In this document: positions 36,998 through 50,994 of the stretch, in pieces
Position numbering within the stretch: position 1 is the first letter of the stretch
Layout of the letters: the number at the start of each line of letters is the position of its first letter
Assembly: GCA_963514005.1 (NCBI GenBank)
Contig: OY740782.1
Location: 150,350,001-150,414,000, forward strand
From: Raja brachyura
Lineage: Eukaryota
DNA length: 64,000 bases
Direction: 5' to 3'
Made by a program: the position numbers and the translations under genes
The notes under the pieces: generated by a model
What the model was told of the DNA's origin: nothing
Database searches by the model: none
What the model saw: the letters and a program-made list of their open reading frames with translations, nothing else

Positions 36998-38401
36998 ATT
37001 TATGAAAGGAAAGGATTTATCAAAGGGAAATCATGCTTGACTAATCTTCTGGAATTTTTTGAGGATGTGACAAGTAAAATGGATGAAGAGAAGCCAGTGG
37101 ATGTAGTGTATCTAGACTTTCAGAAAGCCTTTGATAAGGTCCCGTACTGGAGACTGGTGACTAAAATTAGAGCACATGGTATTGGGGATAGGGTGTTGAC
37201 GTGGATAGAAAATTGGTTGGCAGACAGGAAGCAAAGTATAGGAGTCAACAGGTCCTTTTCAGAATGGCAACCAGTGGCGAGTGGAGTGCCGCAAGGCTCG
37301 GTGTTGGGGCCGCAACTGTTTACCATATATATTAATGATTTGGAAGAGGGAATTAGGAGCAACACTAGCAAGTTTGTGGATGGCACAAAGCTGGGTGGCA
37401 GTGTGAACTGTGAAGAGGATATTAGGAGGTTGCAGGGTGACGTGGACAGGTTGAGTGAATGGGCAGATGCGTGGCAGAGGTGGCAAAAACAAGGGAGTAG
37501 ATTATTATCTCAATGGGGTTTGGTTAAGTAAGGGGGAGGTACAGCAGGACTTGGATGTCCATGTACACCGAGGTTTCGGCCCAAAACGTTGCCTATCTCC
37601 TTCGCTCCATAGATGCTGCTGCACCCGCTGAGTTTCTACAGCATTTTGTGTCCCCTCGATTTTCCAGCATCTGCAGTTCCTTCTTTAACACTTTGTCCTT
37701 GTACACCGGTCACTGAAAGTTGGCGTGTAGGTACAGCAGGCAGTGAACAAAGCTAATGGAATGTTAGCCTTCATAACAAGAGGATTTCAGTATAGGAGTA
37801 GAGAGGTTCTTCTGCTGTTGTATAGGACTCTGGTAAGGCCACATCTGGAGGATTGTGTACAATTTTGGTCTCCTGATTTGAGGAAGAACATCCTTGTGAT
37901 TGAGGCAATGCAGCGTAGGTTCACGAGATTGATCCCTGGGATGGCGGGACTGTCATATGAGGAAAGATTGAAAAGACTAGGCTTGTATTCACAGGAGTTT
38001 AGAAGGATGAGGGGGAAATCTTATAGAAACATATAAAATTATAAAAGACTGGACAAGCTAGATGCAGGAAAAATGTTCCCAATGTTGGGCGAGTCCAGAA
38101 CCAGGGGCCACAGTCTTAGAATAAAGGGGAGGCCATTTAAGACCGAGGTGAGAAAAAACTTTTTCACCCAGAGAGTTGTGAATTTATGGAATTCCCTGCC
38201 ACAGAGGGCAGTGGAGGCCAAGTCACTGGATGGATTTAAGAGAGAGTCAGATAGAGCTCCAGGGGCTAGTGGAGTCAAGGGATATGGGGAGAAAGCAGGA
38301 ATCAATTATTGATTGGGGACGATCAGCCATGATCACAATGAATGGCGGTGCTGGCTCGAAGGGCCGAATGGCCTCCTCCTGCGCCTATTTTCTATGTTTC
38401 T
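36998..38401 (+). mobile_element. CR1 3' half, itself interrupted by a Penelope pLTR piece (37571-37693)
   Basis: RT motifs; 15-bp duplication TGTCCWTGTACACCG at 37556-37570 and 37694-37708. Confidence 0.92.
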
Positions 38402-38989
38402 AAAATCAATGATTCAATGATACTTTATTGCCACATGCAGCTAGATACAGTGAATTTCTCTATTTTTCCATATAATCTAGTAAAATCGCACAGCAGACCT
38501 CACCTAGGTAATGCACAAATAGTCGCCATGTTTCTGGCACCGAGAAAGTTACAAAATGTCTATTGAACTGACATCGATGACAGGTCAGTCAAAAGTCAAT
38601 TTCTTTCCACCGATAGAATCCGCCCTTGATTTAACCATTTAATCACACTAAGCATTATCGGTATATCCGCTGGAGTCACTCCGTGGGCAATGACACCACT
38701 GGTAAATACATGGTTATCTCCATAAACATTGCTCGTTCCAATTCTACAAGGGCAGAGGGATGTACTGCTAATATACTGAGCAAAGCCCTCGCGACTGTTT
38801 TTCAGACAAATATTATAGGGGAGGGTAACCCTTGACATGACCCAATGACAGTTCACTAGACTCTCTCCCATGAAATGCACTGGGACAAATGCAGCGTTGG
38901 TTGGATGCGGAGACGAGATCCATCAATACACTATAAAGCGCACAGAGCGTGTATTTAGTGTGGTGCTCCTGCTCATGTCCTAATCTGCA

Positions 38990-39230
38990 CACTGCCACAC
39001 AGTTGCACGGATCCAGGTTCGATCCTTACCTCGGGAGCTGTCTGTGTGGAGGTTGCGACCGCGTAGATTTCCTCCGGGAGCTCCGGTTTCCTACCACATC
39101 CCAAAGATATACGGGTCTGTAGGTGCAATGGGCTGTGTATTATTGCCTTTTATATGTTCGATGTGGATGAGAAAGTGGGATAACAATAAACTAGTGTGAA
39201 CGGCAGGTCGATGTTCGCCCATGGACTCGT
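38990..39230 (+). mobile_element. tRNA-derived V-SINE (HE1-like)
   Basis: B-box GGTTCGATCC and V-domain core GTCTGTGTGGAG...TTTCCTCCGGGAGCTCCGGTTTCCTACCACATCCCAAAGA. Confidence 0.8.
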
Positions 39231-41815
39231 GCAAAGAGTAAGAGTAAATGGGTCCTTTTCAGAATGGCAGGCAGTGACTAGTGGGGTACCGCAAGGCTCG
39301 GTGCTGGGACCCCAGCTATTTACAATATATATTAATGATTTGGACGAGGGAATTGAATGCAACATCTCCAAGTTTGCGGATGACACAAAGCTGGAGGGGC
39401 AGTGTCTTCCTTGGTGATGACAGAACCAAAGTAGTTATTCAATTGGTCTGCCATGTCCTTGTTCCCCATGATCAATTCACCTGCTTCTGACTGCAAGGGA
39501 CCAACATTTGTTCTAACTAGTCTCTTTCTCTTCACATATCTATAAAAACTTTATCAGTCAGTTTTTATGTTCCCTGCCAGTTTCCTTTTGTAATCTATTT
39601 TCCTTTTCCTAATTAAGCCCTTTGTCCTCCTCTGCTGGATTCTGAATTTCTCCCAGTCCTCTGGTAGGCTGCTTTTTTTGGCCAATTTGTATGCCTCATC
39701 TTTAGTTTTTATACTATCCCTGATTCCCCTCGTTATCCACGGATGCACCACCTTCCCAAATTTATTCTTTTGCCAAACTGGTTTGAACATTTTTTGTACT
39801 TCATCCATGCAGTCTTTAAATACCTTCCATTGCACATCCACTGTCAACCCTTTAAGACTCACTTGCCAGTTTATCTTGGCCAATTCACGGCTCATACCTT
39901 CAAAGTTACCTTTGTTTAAGTTCAGAACCCTTGTTTCTGACTTAATTATGTTACTCTCCATCCTAATGAAGAACTCAATCATATTATGGTCACTCTTGCC
40001 CAAGAGGCCACGCACAACAAGACTGCTAACTAACCCTTCCTCATTACTCAATACCCAGTCTAGAATAGCCTGCTGTCTCGTTGGTTCCTCAACATGCAGG
40101 TTTAGAAAACTATCCCGCATACATTCCAAGAAATCGTCTTCCTCGGCACCCCTGCCAATTTGATTCACCAAATCTATATGCGGATTGAATTCACCCATTA
40201 TAACTGTGTTACCCTTGTTGCACGCATTTCTAATTTCCTGTTTGATGCCATCCCCAACTCCAATACTACTGTTAGGTGGCCTGTACACAACTCCCACTAG
40301 CGTTTTCTGCCCCTTAGAGTTTCGCAGCTCTACCCATATCGATTCCACATCCTCCAAGCTAATGTCCTTCCTTTCTATTGCATGAAGGGGCTATTTCCAT
40401 GATTTCTCATGAATGCTTCTCTTGCACTGCTCACTCTTCTACGCCCGAAAATATTCTCAGGTCATTGAAAATGTAGATCATGAAGATCGTGTTAAATCCA
40501 ATAAAGAGCCATAAAAATTGGCCAGAGGAAGCAGTAAACCGGAGGTCTGGGAGACATTTAGAATTCAACAGAGGAGGACAAATGGTTTAATTGAGGGGGG
40601 AAATAGAGCATGAAAGAAAGCTTGCGAAGAATTTAACAACTGACTGTAAATACTTTTTAAGATATGTGAAGAGGAAGAGATTAGTGAAGGCAAATATAGG
40701 TCTGTTACAGTCAGAAACAGGTGAATTTATAATGGGAAACATGAAATGGCAGACCAGTTAAACGAGTACTTTAGTTTTGTCTTCACTAAGGACGACACAA
40801 ACAATCTCCCGGAAAAACGAGGGGAGCGAGGATCTACTGGCAGGCCTTGACTAGTGGGGTGCCGCAAGGCTCGCTGCTGGGACCCCCGTTGTTTACAATA
40901 TATATTAACGATTTAGACGATGGAATTAAATGTAACAATAAGTTTGCGGGTGACACAATGCTGGGTGGCAGTGTGGGCTGCGAGGAAGATTCTATGAGGC
41001 TGCGGGGTGACTTGTATAGGTTGGTTGAGTGGGAAGAAGCAGGGCAGTGCTGTATAATGTGGATTCATGTGACGTTATCCACTTTGGTGGCAAAAACAAG
41101 AAGGCAGATTATTACCCGTCAGATTAATAGAAATGGAGGTGCAACGAGACCTGGCTGTGCTTGTACATCAGTCACTGAAAGTGAGCATGCAGGTACAGCA
41201 GGCAGTGAGGAAAGCTAATGGCATGTTGGCCTTCATAGAGAGAAGATTTGAGTTTAGGAGGTTCTACTGCAGTTGTACAGAGCCCTGGTGAGACTGCACC
41301 TGGAGTATTGTGTGCCATTTTGATCCCCTAATTTGAGAAGGACATTATTGCTATTGAGTGAGTGCAGCATAGGTTCAACGTGTTAATTCCCAGGATGATG
41401 GGACTGACGTATGAGGAAAGACTGCATCGACTGGACTTGTATTCACTGGAATTTAGTAGGATGAGAGGGGATCTTATAGAAACATATAAAATTATTAGAG
41501 CATTGGACAGGGTAGATGCTAAAACCAGGGTCACAGTTTAAGATTAAGGGATAGGCCATTTAGGACTGAGATGAGGAAAAAGATGAGGTGTGAATCTGTG
41601 GGATTCTCTGCCAGAGGACGCAGTGGAGGCCAAGTCACTGGATGTTTTCAAGAGAAAGTTAGATTTAGCTCTTAGCGCCAACGAATTCTAGGGATATGGG
41701 GAAAATGCTGGTACTGATTTTGGATGATCTGCAATGATCATATTGAATGGTGGTACTGGCTCAAAGAGCCAAATGGTCTACTCCTGCACCTAATTTCTAA
41801 GTTTCTAAGTTTCTA
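39231..41815. mobile_element. Cluster of CR1 fragments (+ 39231-39405, - 39405-40385 endonuclease part, + 40470-41815)
   Basis: ORF 39554-40357 VGVVYRPPNS...MGEFN...SDHNM; RT motifs downstream. Confidence 0.9.
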
Positions 41816-41816
41816 A

Positions 41817-43445
41817 CCTGTAATCTGAGATCGAACGGCCCACTCATGCAATTTATCTGTAACCGTTTGTCTGCCCATGTAATATCAAATTAATTTTAAT
41901 TCGGTAACATATCGATCATCTTCCCCATTTCTTCTACAAGACTATAGTCCATTAAATCAAAGTGGGGAAAACTAAATGAACTTTATTAACGCCTCACACT
42001 TCCCTCTAATTGTTTGTGTTTATGTGGCTCTGCAGAGATAGTCCTTATTATCATAAGAATGCGCATGGAATAAATAATAAAATGACTAATAGTGTAAGGA
42101 ATGAATGCATTTAAGATTCTGCCGAATCAGAATATCCCCCCTCTTCCACATTTTCTGTGGCCGACGACAAAACATTTCATTATGAATGATGGGCAAGAGC
42201 TCACCATGTAACTGAAAGGAAACACCTGTGTCGGCCGTGCTGCTAAATTAATCAGGCACTTTCAATCTGCTGCTCAAACACTGAAAACTCTGATGGTGAA
42301 TAACAACTAACAAAATAAAAAACTACCTAGCAACAGATCTCGCAAATTCCAGCTACCAATCTTATTGGTTACATGCTGCATCATTTTGGTTAAACTGTCA
42401 GGAGTACACATTGTGATCATGTAAATCCCGGCTACTGTGTTTGATTGGGATTAGCTTTCACGTGTACAGTGGGATCAATGTCTCTTAGATTCTGTATGGA
42501 ATCTGTTTAGAGATTATCTGACACAGAGTTATCAGGTAGTTCATATAGTGGGTATGATTGCTAGTCACGCACCACACAGATAGTGACCTGAGTAAAACAG
42601 AGTCAAATACCGAATGGATGCTCATTATCTTCCAGTTTAGCGAAGGCCAGAGGTGTCCACATTGTTTCCCTTTGCACACTGAAGCCGAGTACATGAAGTG
42701 AACGCTTCTGCGTGAAGGTCACTGGGTGATATAATGTAGGCGTGTGTGAAAATGTAAAACATATCTGGGATGATCAGTGGGGTCTGGATTCCATGTACTT
42801 TAGCCAGAGCACACAGACGTTTTACAAATCGACCAATGCTGCGATCCATGTGTTCCCCGCGTATTGTATATTTCACTTTGTTTCAGCAAATTAATGCACC
42901 GCAATGCAACAAAATCAATGATTCAATGATTCAATGATATTTGATTGCCACGTGCACCTAGGAATAGTGACATTCTTTATGTTTGCATACAATCTAGTAA
43001 AATCCCACAGCAGACCTCACCTAAGCAGTGCACAAAGAGTCGCCATGTTTCTGCCGCCGTGAAAGTTACAAAATGTCTATCGAACAAACACCGATGATGA
43101 CAGTTCAGTCAAAAGTCAATTTCTTTGCACCTATAGAATCCGTCCGTGAATTAACCATTTACCCATTTAACCTTAGCTGTGATTAACCATTTAATCACAG
43201 CTAAGCATTATCGGTATATCCGCTGGAGTCACTCCGCGGGCAATGACACCACTGGTAAATACATGGTGGTTATCTCCATAAACATTGTTCGTTCCAATTC
43301 TACAAGGGCAGAGGGATGTACTGCTAATATACTGAGCAAAGCCCTCGCGACTGTTTTTTCAACAAATATTATAGGGGAGGGTAATCCTTGACCAGACCCA
43401 ATGACAAAAAGTTCACTTGGCTCTTTCGCATGAAATACATAGGGA
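41817..43445 (+). repeat. Tandem duplication copy 2 (uninterrupted)
   Basis: Near-identical ORF-track peptides 36329-36538 vs 42485-42694 and collinear flanks. Confidence 0.93.
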
Positions 43446-43469
43446 CAGACTAATCTTCTGGAATCACAA

Positions 43470-44240
43470 AGGCAGATTATTATCTGAATGGTGTCAGATT
43501 AGGAAAAGGGGAGGTGCAACGATACCTGGGTGCGCTTGTACATCAGTCACTGAAAGTAAGCATGCAGGTACAGCAGGCAGTGAAGAAAGCCAATGGCATG
43601 TTGGCCTTCATTGCGAGAGAATGTGAGATTAGGAGCAAGGAGGTCCTACTGCAGTTGTACAGAGCCCTAATGAGACCTCACCTGGAGTATTGTGTGCAGT
43701 TTTGGTCTCCTAATTTGAGGAAGGACATTCTTGTTATTGAGGGGGTGCAGCGTAGGTTCCCCAGGTTAATTCCCCAGGATGGCGGGACTGACATATGATG
43801 AAAGAATGGGTCGACTGGGCTTGCATTCACTGGAATTTAGAAGGATGAGAGGGGCTCTTGTAGAAATATATACAATTTTAAGAGATTCGGGAGGCTGGAT
43901 GCAGAAAAAATGTTCCCCTTGTTTGGGGAGTCCAGAACCAGGCGTCACAATTTATGAATAGGGTGTAGGCTATTTATTACTGAGATGAGGAAAACCTTTT
44001 TCACCCAGAGAATTGTGAATCTGTGGACTTCTTTGCCACAGAAGGCAGTGGAGGACAGTTCATTGGATGTTTTCAAGAGAGAGTTAGATTTAGCCCCGAT
44101 GGCTAACGGAATCAAGGGATATGGGGAAGAAGCAGGGACGGGGTACTGATTGTGGATGATCAGCCACGATCATGTTGAATGGCGGTGCTGACTCGAAAGG
44201 CCAAATGCCCTAGTCCTGCACCTATTGTCTATGTTTCAAT
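43470..44240 (+). mobile_element. CR1 3' fragment
   Basis: RPHLEYCVQFWSP and tail. Confidence 0.92.
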
Positions 44241-45280
44241 GTTTCTCAGCCTCATCACGCACAACCAGGCCAAGATCATCATGGGTCAGCTTCAGGCTAC
44301 TTTACTTCCATCCGATAACTGAATACACATATTACATGTTGATACAAGTCTCCCGCCTCACACTATCCTCAGCCTTTCAGGCAGAACATGGTTTCCTTCA
44401 CATTGACATTCGGGTATTGACAGTTCTGGGAGACGTGGCGAGAAGTTTATTAAAGAGTGAGTTGGTATGGAGAGAGCGCTGGGTCAAGGAACTCCCCTCT
44501 CCCCATTCCAGCCTTCGGAATGTTTGCACAAACTACCAGTTCTGGATTTCTTTACCTGAAGTGAACGTGGATATAATCTCCATTATATTATCAAATGACG
44601 AGCAGAAAACCATCTGAAACATTCACCATGCTTTTGAATCGGTTGAAGATTTGCATGGTGCACGGCCTAATTCTGTACTGCGTTGGTCGGGACAATTAGA
44701 TGCTGTTTCTGTCTGTCAGTGTTCTAATCTGGGACTTCTATTTCTGAGATTATTTACATAAATGCGTCGGTCACGTCCAGCTGTGCTCACATCTAAAATA
44801 AACACAAAAAACAATGTTCCTCAATGTGTTTTTCGCAACTGACCAGAGGGATTCTTTTCCGGCTACTGGCAGCAATAGTAAAATGACCTGAGATTTCCCA
44901 GACAGGATTATCAGGTTTTATTTTGTGCAAAGGGGACTTCCCTGCAATACGATGGCAGAGAATAACGCGGCGTTTGTATGAGGGCAATGCAAGTATGCGA
45001 CACCACTTCTGGAGAGCAGGCTGCTCTTCCACAATGTCCATTTGCAAGAGGATTGAAACCATTTGAACTCAGCACCTTTCATCTTGACCAAAGGACACTC
45101 GGACTGACACAAACATGCCGCATTATTTAACGTCCACAGATTTAACTGCAAAACGTTTACATTTCAAGATTGAAAATTGAAACATTTCAGATTGGGTCAC
45201 ATTATGTACTTTCCAGAATCTCAATGTCCTAAATAACCCCACAGCCACTCCGAGCTTTAAAAATGCTTCCCTGATCAGAA

Positions 45281-48200
45281 TTTACCATATATATTAATGA
45301 TTTGGAAGAGGGAATTAGGAGCAACAGTAGCAAGTTTGCAGATGAGTCAAAACTGGGTGGCAGTGTGAACTGTGAAGAGGATGTTAGGAGGTTGCAGGGT
45401 GACCTGGACAGGTTGATTGAGTGGGCAGATGCGTGGCAGATGCAGTATAATATAGATAATTGTGAGGTTACCCACTTTGACGGCAAAAACAAGGGGGCAG
45501 ATTATTGTCTCAATGGGGTTAGGTTACGCAAGGGGGAGGTGCAGCGAGACCTGGGTGTCCTTGTACACCGGTCACTGAAGGTTGGCGTGCAGGTACAGCA
45601 GGCAGTGAAGAAAGCTAATGGAATGTTGGCCTTCGTAACAAGAGGATTTCAGTATAGGAGTAAAGAGATTCTTCTGCAGTTGTATAGGGCTCTGGTGAGA
45701 CCACATCTGGAGTATTGTGTACAGTTTTGGTCTCCTAATTTGAGGAAGGACATCCTTGTGATTGAGGCAGTGCAGCGTAGGTTCACGAGATTGATCCCTG
45801 GGATGGCGGGACTGTCATATGAGGAAAGATTGAAAAGACTAGGCTTGTATTCACTGGAGTTTAGGAGGATGAGGGGGAATCTTATAGAAACATGTAAAAT
45901 TATAAAAGGACTGGACAAGCCAGATGCAGGAAAAAATTTCCCAATGTTCGGTGAGTCCAGAACCAAGGGCCAGTCTTAGAATAAAGGGGAGGTCATTTAA
46001 GACTGAGGTGAGAAAAAACGTTTTCACCCAGAGAGTTGTGAATTTACGGAATTCCCTGCCCCAGAGGGCAGTGGAGGCCAAATCACTGGATGGATTTAAG
46101 AGAGAGTTAGATACTCTAGGGGCTAGTGGAATCAAGGCATATGGGGAGAAGGCAGGCACAGGTTATTGATAAGGTACGATCAGCCATGATCACAATGAAT
46201 GGCGGTGCTGGCTCGAAGGGCCGAATGGCCTCCTCCTGCACCTATTTTCTATGTTTCTACTGAGTTGGATGATCAGCCATGCTCACAGTGAATGGCGGTG
46301 CTGGCTCGAAGGGCCGAATAGAAACATAGAAAATAGGTGCAGGAGTAGGCCATTCGGCCCTTCGAGCCTGCACTGCCATTCAATATGATCATGGCTGATC
46401 ATCCAACTCAGTATCCCTTACCTGCCTTCTCTCCATACCCCCTGATCCCTTTAGCCACAAGGGCCACATCTAACTCCCTCTTAAATATAGCCAATGAACT
46501 GGCCTCAACTACCCTCTGTGGCAGAGCATTCCACAGATTACCACTCTCAGTGTGAAAAATGTTTTTCTCATCTCAGTCTTAAAAGACTTCCCCCTTATCC
46601 TTAAACTGTGACCCCTTGTTCTGGACTTCCCCAATATCGGGAATAATCTTCCAGCATCTAGCCTGTCCAACCCCTTAAGTATTTTGTAAGTTTCTATAAG
46701 ATCCACCCTCAATCTTCTAAATTCTAGCCAGTACAAGCCGAGTCTATCCAGTCTTTCTTCATATGAAAGTCCTGACATCCCAAGAATCAGTCTGGTGAAC
46801 ATAGAAACATAGAAACATAGAAAATAGGTGCAGGAGTAGGCCATTTGGCCCTTCGAGCCTGCACCGCCATTCAATATGATCATGGCTGATCATTCAACTC
46901 GGTATCCTGTACCTGCCTTCTCTCCATACCCACTGATCCCTTTAGCCACAAGGGCCACATCTAACTTCCTCTTAAATATAGCCAATAAACTGGCCTCAAC
47001 TACCTTCTGTGGCAGAGAATTCCAGAGACTCACCACTCTCTGTGTGAAAAATGTTTTCCTCATCTCTGTCCTAAAGGAATTCCCCCTTATCCTTAAACTG
47101 TGACCCCTTGTTCTGGACCTCCCCAAAATCGGGTACAATCTTCCTGCATTTAGCCTGTCGAACCCCTTAAGAATTTTGTAAGTTTCTATAAGATCCGCCC
47201 TCAATCTTCTAAATTCTAACGAGTACAAGCCAAGTTTATCCAGTCTTTCCTCATATGAACGTCCTGACATCCCAGCAATCAGTCTGGTGAACCTTCTCTG
47301 TACCCCCTCTATGGCAAGAATGTATTTCCTCAGATTTGGAGACCAAAACTGTACACAATACTCAGGTGTGGCCTCACCAAAACCCTGTGCAACTGCAGTA
47401 GAACCTCCCTGCTCCTATACTCAAATCCTTTTGCTATGAATGCTAACATACCATTCGCTTTCTTCACTGCCTGCTGCACCTGCATGCCTTCTTTCAATGA
47501 CTAGTGTACCATGACACCCAGGTCTCGTTGCATCTCCCCTTTTCCTAATCGGCCACCATTCAGATAATAGTCTACTCTCATGTTTCCCCCCCCCCCCCCC
47601 CGTGTCATCCGCAAACTTGGAGATGTTGCATTCAATTCCCTCGTCCAAATCATTAATATATATTGTAAATGGCTGGGGTCCCAGCACTGAGCACGGTACC
47701 CCACTAGTCACTGCCTGCCATTCTGAAAAGGACCCGGTTACTCCTACCCTTTGCTTCCTGTCTGCCAGCCAGTTCTCTATCCACATCAATACTGAATCCC
47801 CAATACCGTGTGCTTTAAGTTTGCATACTAATCTCTTACGTGGGACCTTGTCGAAAGCCTTCTGTAAGTCCAGATATAACACATCCACTGGTTCTCCCTT
47901 ATCCACTCTACTAGTTACATCCTCGAAAAATTCTATAAGATTCGTCAGACATGATTTATCTTTTGTAAATCCATGCTGACTTTGTCCAATGATTTCACCA
48001 CTTTCCAAATGTGCTGCTATCCCATCTTTAATAACTGACTCTAGCAGTTTCCCCACTACCGATGTTAGACTAACTGGTCTGTAATTCCCCGTTTTCTCTC
48101 TCCCTCCCTTTTTAAAAAGTGGGGTTACATTAGTTACCCTCCAATCCTCAGTAACTGCTCCAGAATCTAAAGAGTTTTGAAAAATTATCACTAAGGCATC

Positions 48201-48805
48201 CACTATTTCTCAAGTACTCTGGGATGCAGCCTATCTGGCCCTGGGGATATATCGGCCTTTAATCCATTCAATTTACCTAAGATCACTTCCCGACTAACCT
48301 GGATTTCACTCAGTTCCTACATCTCATTTGACCCACGATCCCCTGCTATTTCCGGCAGATTATTTATGTCTTCCTTAGTGAAGACAGAACCAAAGTAGTT
48401 ATTCAATCGGTCTGCCATGTCTTTGTTCCCCATGATCAATTCACCTGTTTTTGACTGCAAGGGACCTACATTTGTTTAAACTAATCTTTTTCTCTTCACA
48501 TATTGATAAAAACTTTTGCAGTCAGTTTTTATGTTCCCTGCCAGTTTTCCTTCAGAATCCATTTTCCCTTTCCTAATTAAGCCCTTTGTCCTCCTCTGTT
48601 GGACTCTGAATTTCTCCCAGTCCTCTGGTAGGCTGCTTCCTCTGGCTAATTTGTACACTTCATCTTTTGTTTTGATACTATCCCTGATTTCCCTTGTTAT
48701 CCACGGATGCACTACCTTCCCTGATTTATTCTTTTGCCATACTGGGATGAACAATTTTTGTAGTTCATCCATGGATTCCTCCTGCATCTATTTTCTATGT
48801 TTCTA
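45281..48805. mobile_element. Tail-to-tail CR1 copies (+ 45281-46320; - 46320-46800; - 46801-48805)
   Basis: ORFs 45302-45979, 46509-46883, 46890-47270 and 47421-48203. Confidence 0.93.
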
Positions 48806-49789
48806 ATCTAGCGAAATATCAGGCAATATAAACACATCAGATTCCGATAAACTCTTCGCAATTTTAGCAAGGATGATTGTGGAATAAACAACAGTTAGGA
48901 CTGCAAATGACTATCTGTTTAGTGGGCCAATGTTTCAAGAAGATATGCGGGGCAACGTTTTACGCACAGAGTTGAGACTGGTAGCTGCCTTGGGTGTTAG
49001 TGGAGGCAGATATGACAGTCAGGGACATGGGATCAGGGGAGGCAGGGGAGGCAGAGCCTCACCCGTCAAACACCCAATGACAATAGTTGTTCAAAAAAGT
49101 GAAGAAAAATTATAATAAAATTAAAATAAACATCAAGATTTTTCCACTGATCTGTGTTATAAATGTCATTTCTATTTGAATCTAATCATGTTTTATAGTC
49201 AAAATCGCCACATTTTCACAGTTGCGCTCAAATACATGGAGAGATGAGAGGTGAGGCAGCGAGGAGCTGAGCCTCCCCTCTGATTGCGCAACCCCTCAGA
49301 AACTGCATGGAGCGCGGGCAATACATGTGTGCCTGTTACTATCTCTATATATGTGACCAAAGTAATGTTTGTAAACCCCTTCATTACATGTCCTCACCTT
49401 CCATGGTCCAGGTAACGTATTTCACATATAAAGATATTAAATTTGTGCTCGCTGGTCTCACATAAAACTGCAATGTAAAAGCTCCAGGGGAGGCAGCGAT
49501 CACATCTGCCTCACTGAGGGGGCGTGTCTTGACCCCTGTGAAGGAAGAGCGAGCATCAATTACGTCGGCTCAGCCCATGTAATTGACGCTACCTCACTCT
49601 CCCTCCACGTTAGCTAGCTTCAGCAGTCGGGGAACGCGGAGGCCCGGGGCTGCTCTTAGTGTTGTTACTGGTTAAATCCCTCGAATTGTCAGAGCCGAGA
49701 CATCACTGGGCCGCCGTGAAGAAGGGTGCTATGGGGGGTTCGGCGGTGGTCAGAATGGGACGGCTGCGGGTTATAACGTGCCATCGTTC

Positions 49790-50255
49790 CTCTCCCCTTT
49801 CTCTCTCACCCCCTTCTCTCTCTCCCCCTTCGCTCTCTCTCTCCCCCTTCTCTCTCGTTCCTTTCTCTCTCTCCCCAATCTCTCTCTCTCTTTCCCATTC
49901 TCTCTCTTTCCCTTCTCTCTCTCCCTCTGTCCCTTCTCACTCTCTCCTCTCTCTCTCTCTCCTTTCTCTCTCTCTCCTCTCCCCCTCTCCCTTCTCTCCC
50001 CATTCTTTCCCCCCCATTCTCTCTCCCATTCTCTCTCTCTCTCCCTCTCCCTTCTCCCTCTCTCCCTTCTCTCTCCCCCTTCACTCTCTCCCCTTCACTC
50101 TCTCCCCCTCTCTTTCCCTTCAATCTCACCCTTCTCTCTTTCCCCCTTCTCTCTCTCTCTCTCTCTGTCTCCCTCCCTTCCTTCTCTCTCTCCCATTTCT
50201 CTCTCTCCCCTCTCTCTCCCTTTTCTCTCTCCCCATTCTCTCTCTCTCCCTTCTC
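49790..50255. repeat. CT-rich polypyrimidine low-complexity tract (similar tracts at 25880-26460, 27980-28290, 50598-50711)
   Basis: Direct reading. Confidence 0.95.
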
Positions 50256-50994
50256 AATTCAATTTTTCTATTTAAAAACTTTATTGGCATGATAAAGTAC
50301 ATCGTTGTATTGCCAAATTGTAAAACGTGACATACATATTTAAAATGCATAAGTATAAATACAAGTATACAGTGCATGGACAGATATGTCCCTGTACATA
50401 AACTCGCAATAGGCCTATATTGATTGCTACACGTTCTTGCAGCTGTAAGCAGTACAACAGAATAGCAAGTTTAGCAATTCAATATTAATTTCTTAGTGTC
50501 AGTTAATATCAATTAGTGTGTGCGTGCATATTGGTCATTCACCGTCTCTCAGGTTATGGCATGCTGTAATGTATTGTGCACCAAGATGGGCCGTACTTCT
50601 CTCTCTCTTCCCTTCTCTCTCTCTTCCCTTCTCTATCTCCCTCCCTTCTCTCTCACTCTCTCCCTTCTCTCTCTCTCTCTCCCTTCCCTTCTATCTCCCT
50701 TCCTTATCTCTNNNNNNNNNNNNNNNNNNNNNNNNNNNNNNNNNNNNNNNNNNNNNNNNNNNNNNNNNNNNNNNNNNNNNNNNNNNNNNNNNNNNNNNNN
50801 NNNNNNNNNNNNNNNNNNNNNNNNNNNNNNNNNNNNNNNNNNTCCCTCCCTCCCAGCCACGGCTCCACCCCTCTCTCTCCTCGGGGAGACGCGGTGATCT
50901 ATACAGGGAGGGCCGGGCCACTGATACTAGCCAGTGCCTCCCGAGCCATTGACCTCACCGCACGTCACTGATGACGGTGGCATCTAGATATGTG

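Larger units (their letters stand above)
34225..38885 (+). repeat. Tandem duplication copy 1 (unique ~1.6-kb unit split by three later insertions)
   Basis: 34225-34844, 36247-36709, 36947-36995 and 38402-38885 align collinearly with 41817-43445. Confidence 0.93.

Noticed and set aside
44932-44942. NF-kB-like GGGACTTCCC
   Set aside because: Single short motif 31 kb from the V; expected by chance
49020-49540. Possible MITE (CAGGG...CCCTG ends; similar at 18686-19208)
   Set aside because: TIRs match for only a few bases and no clear TSD
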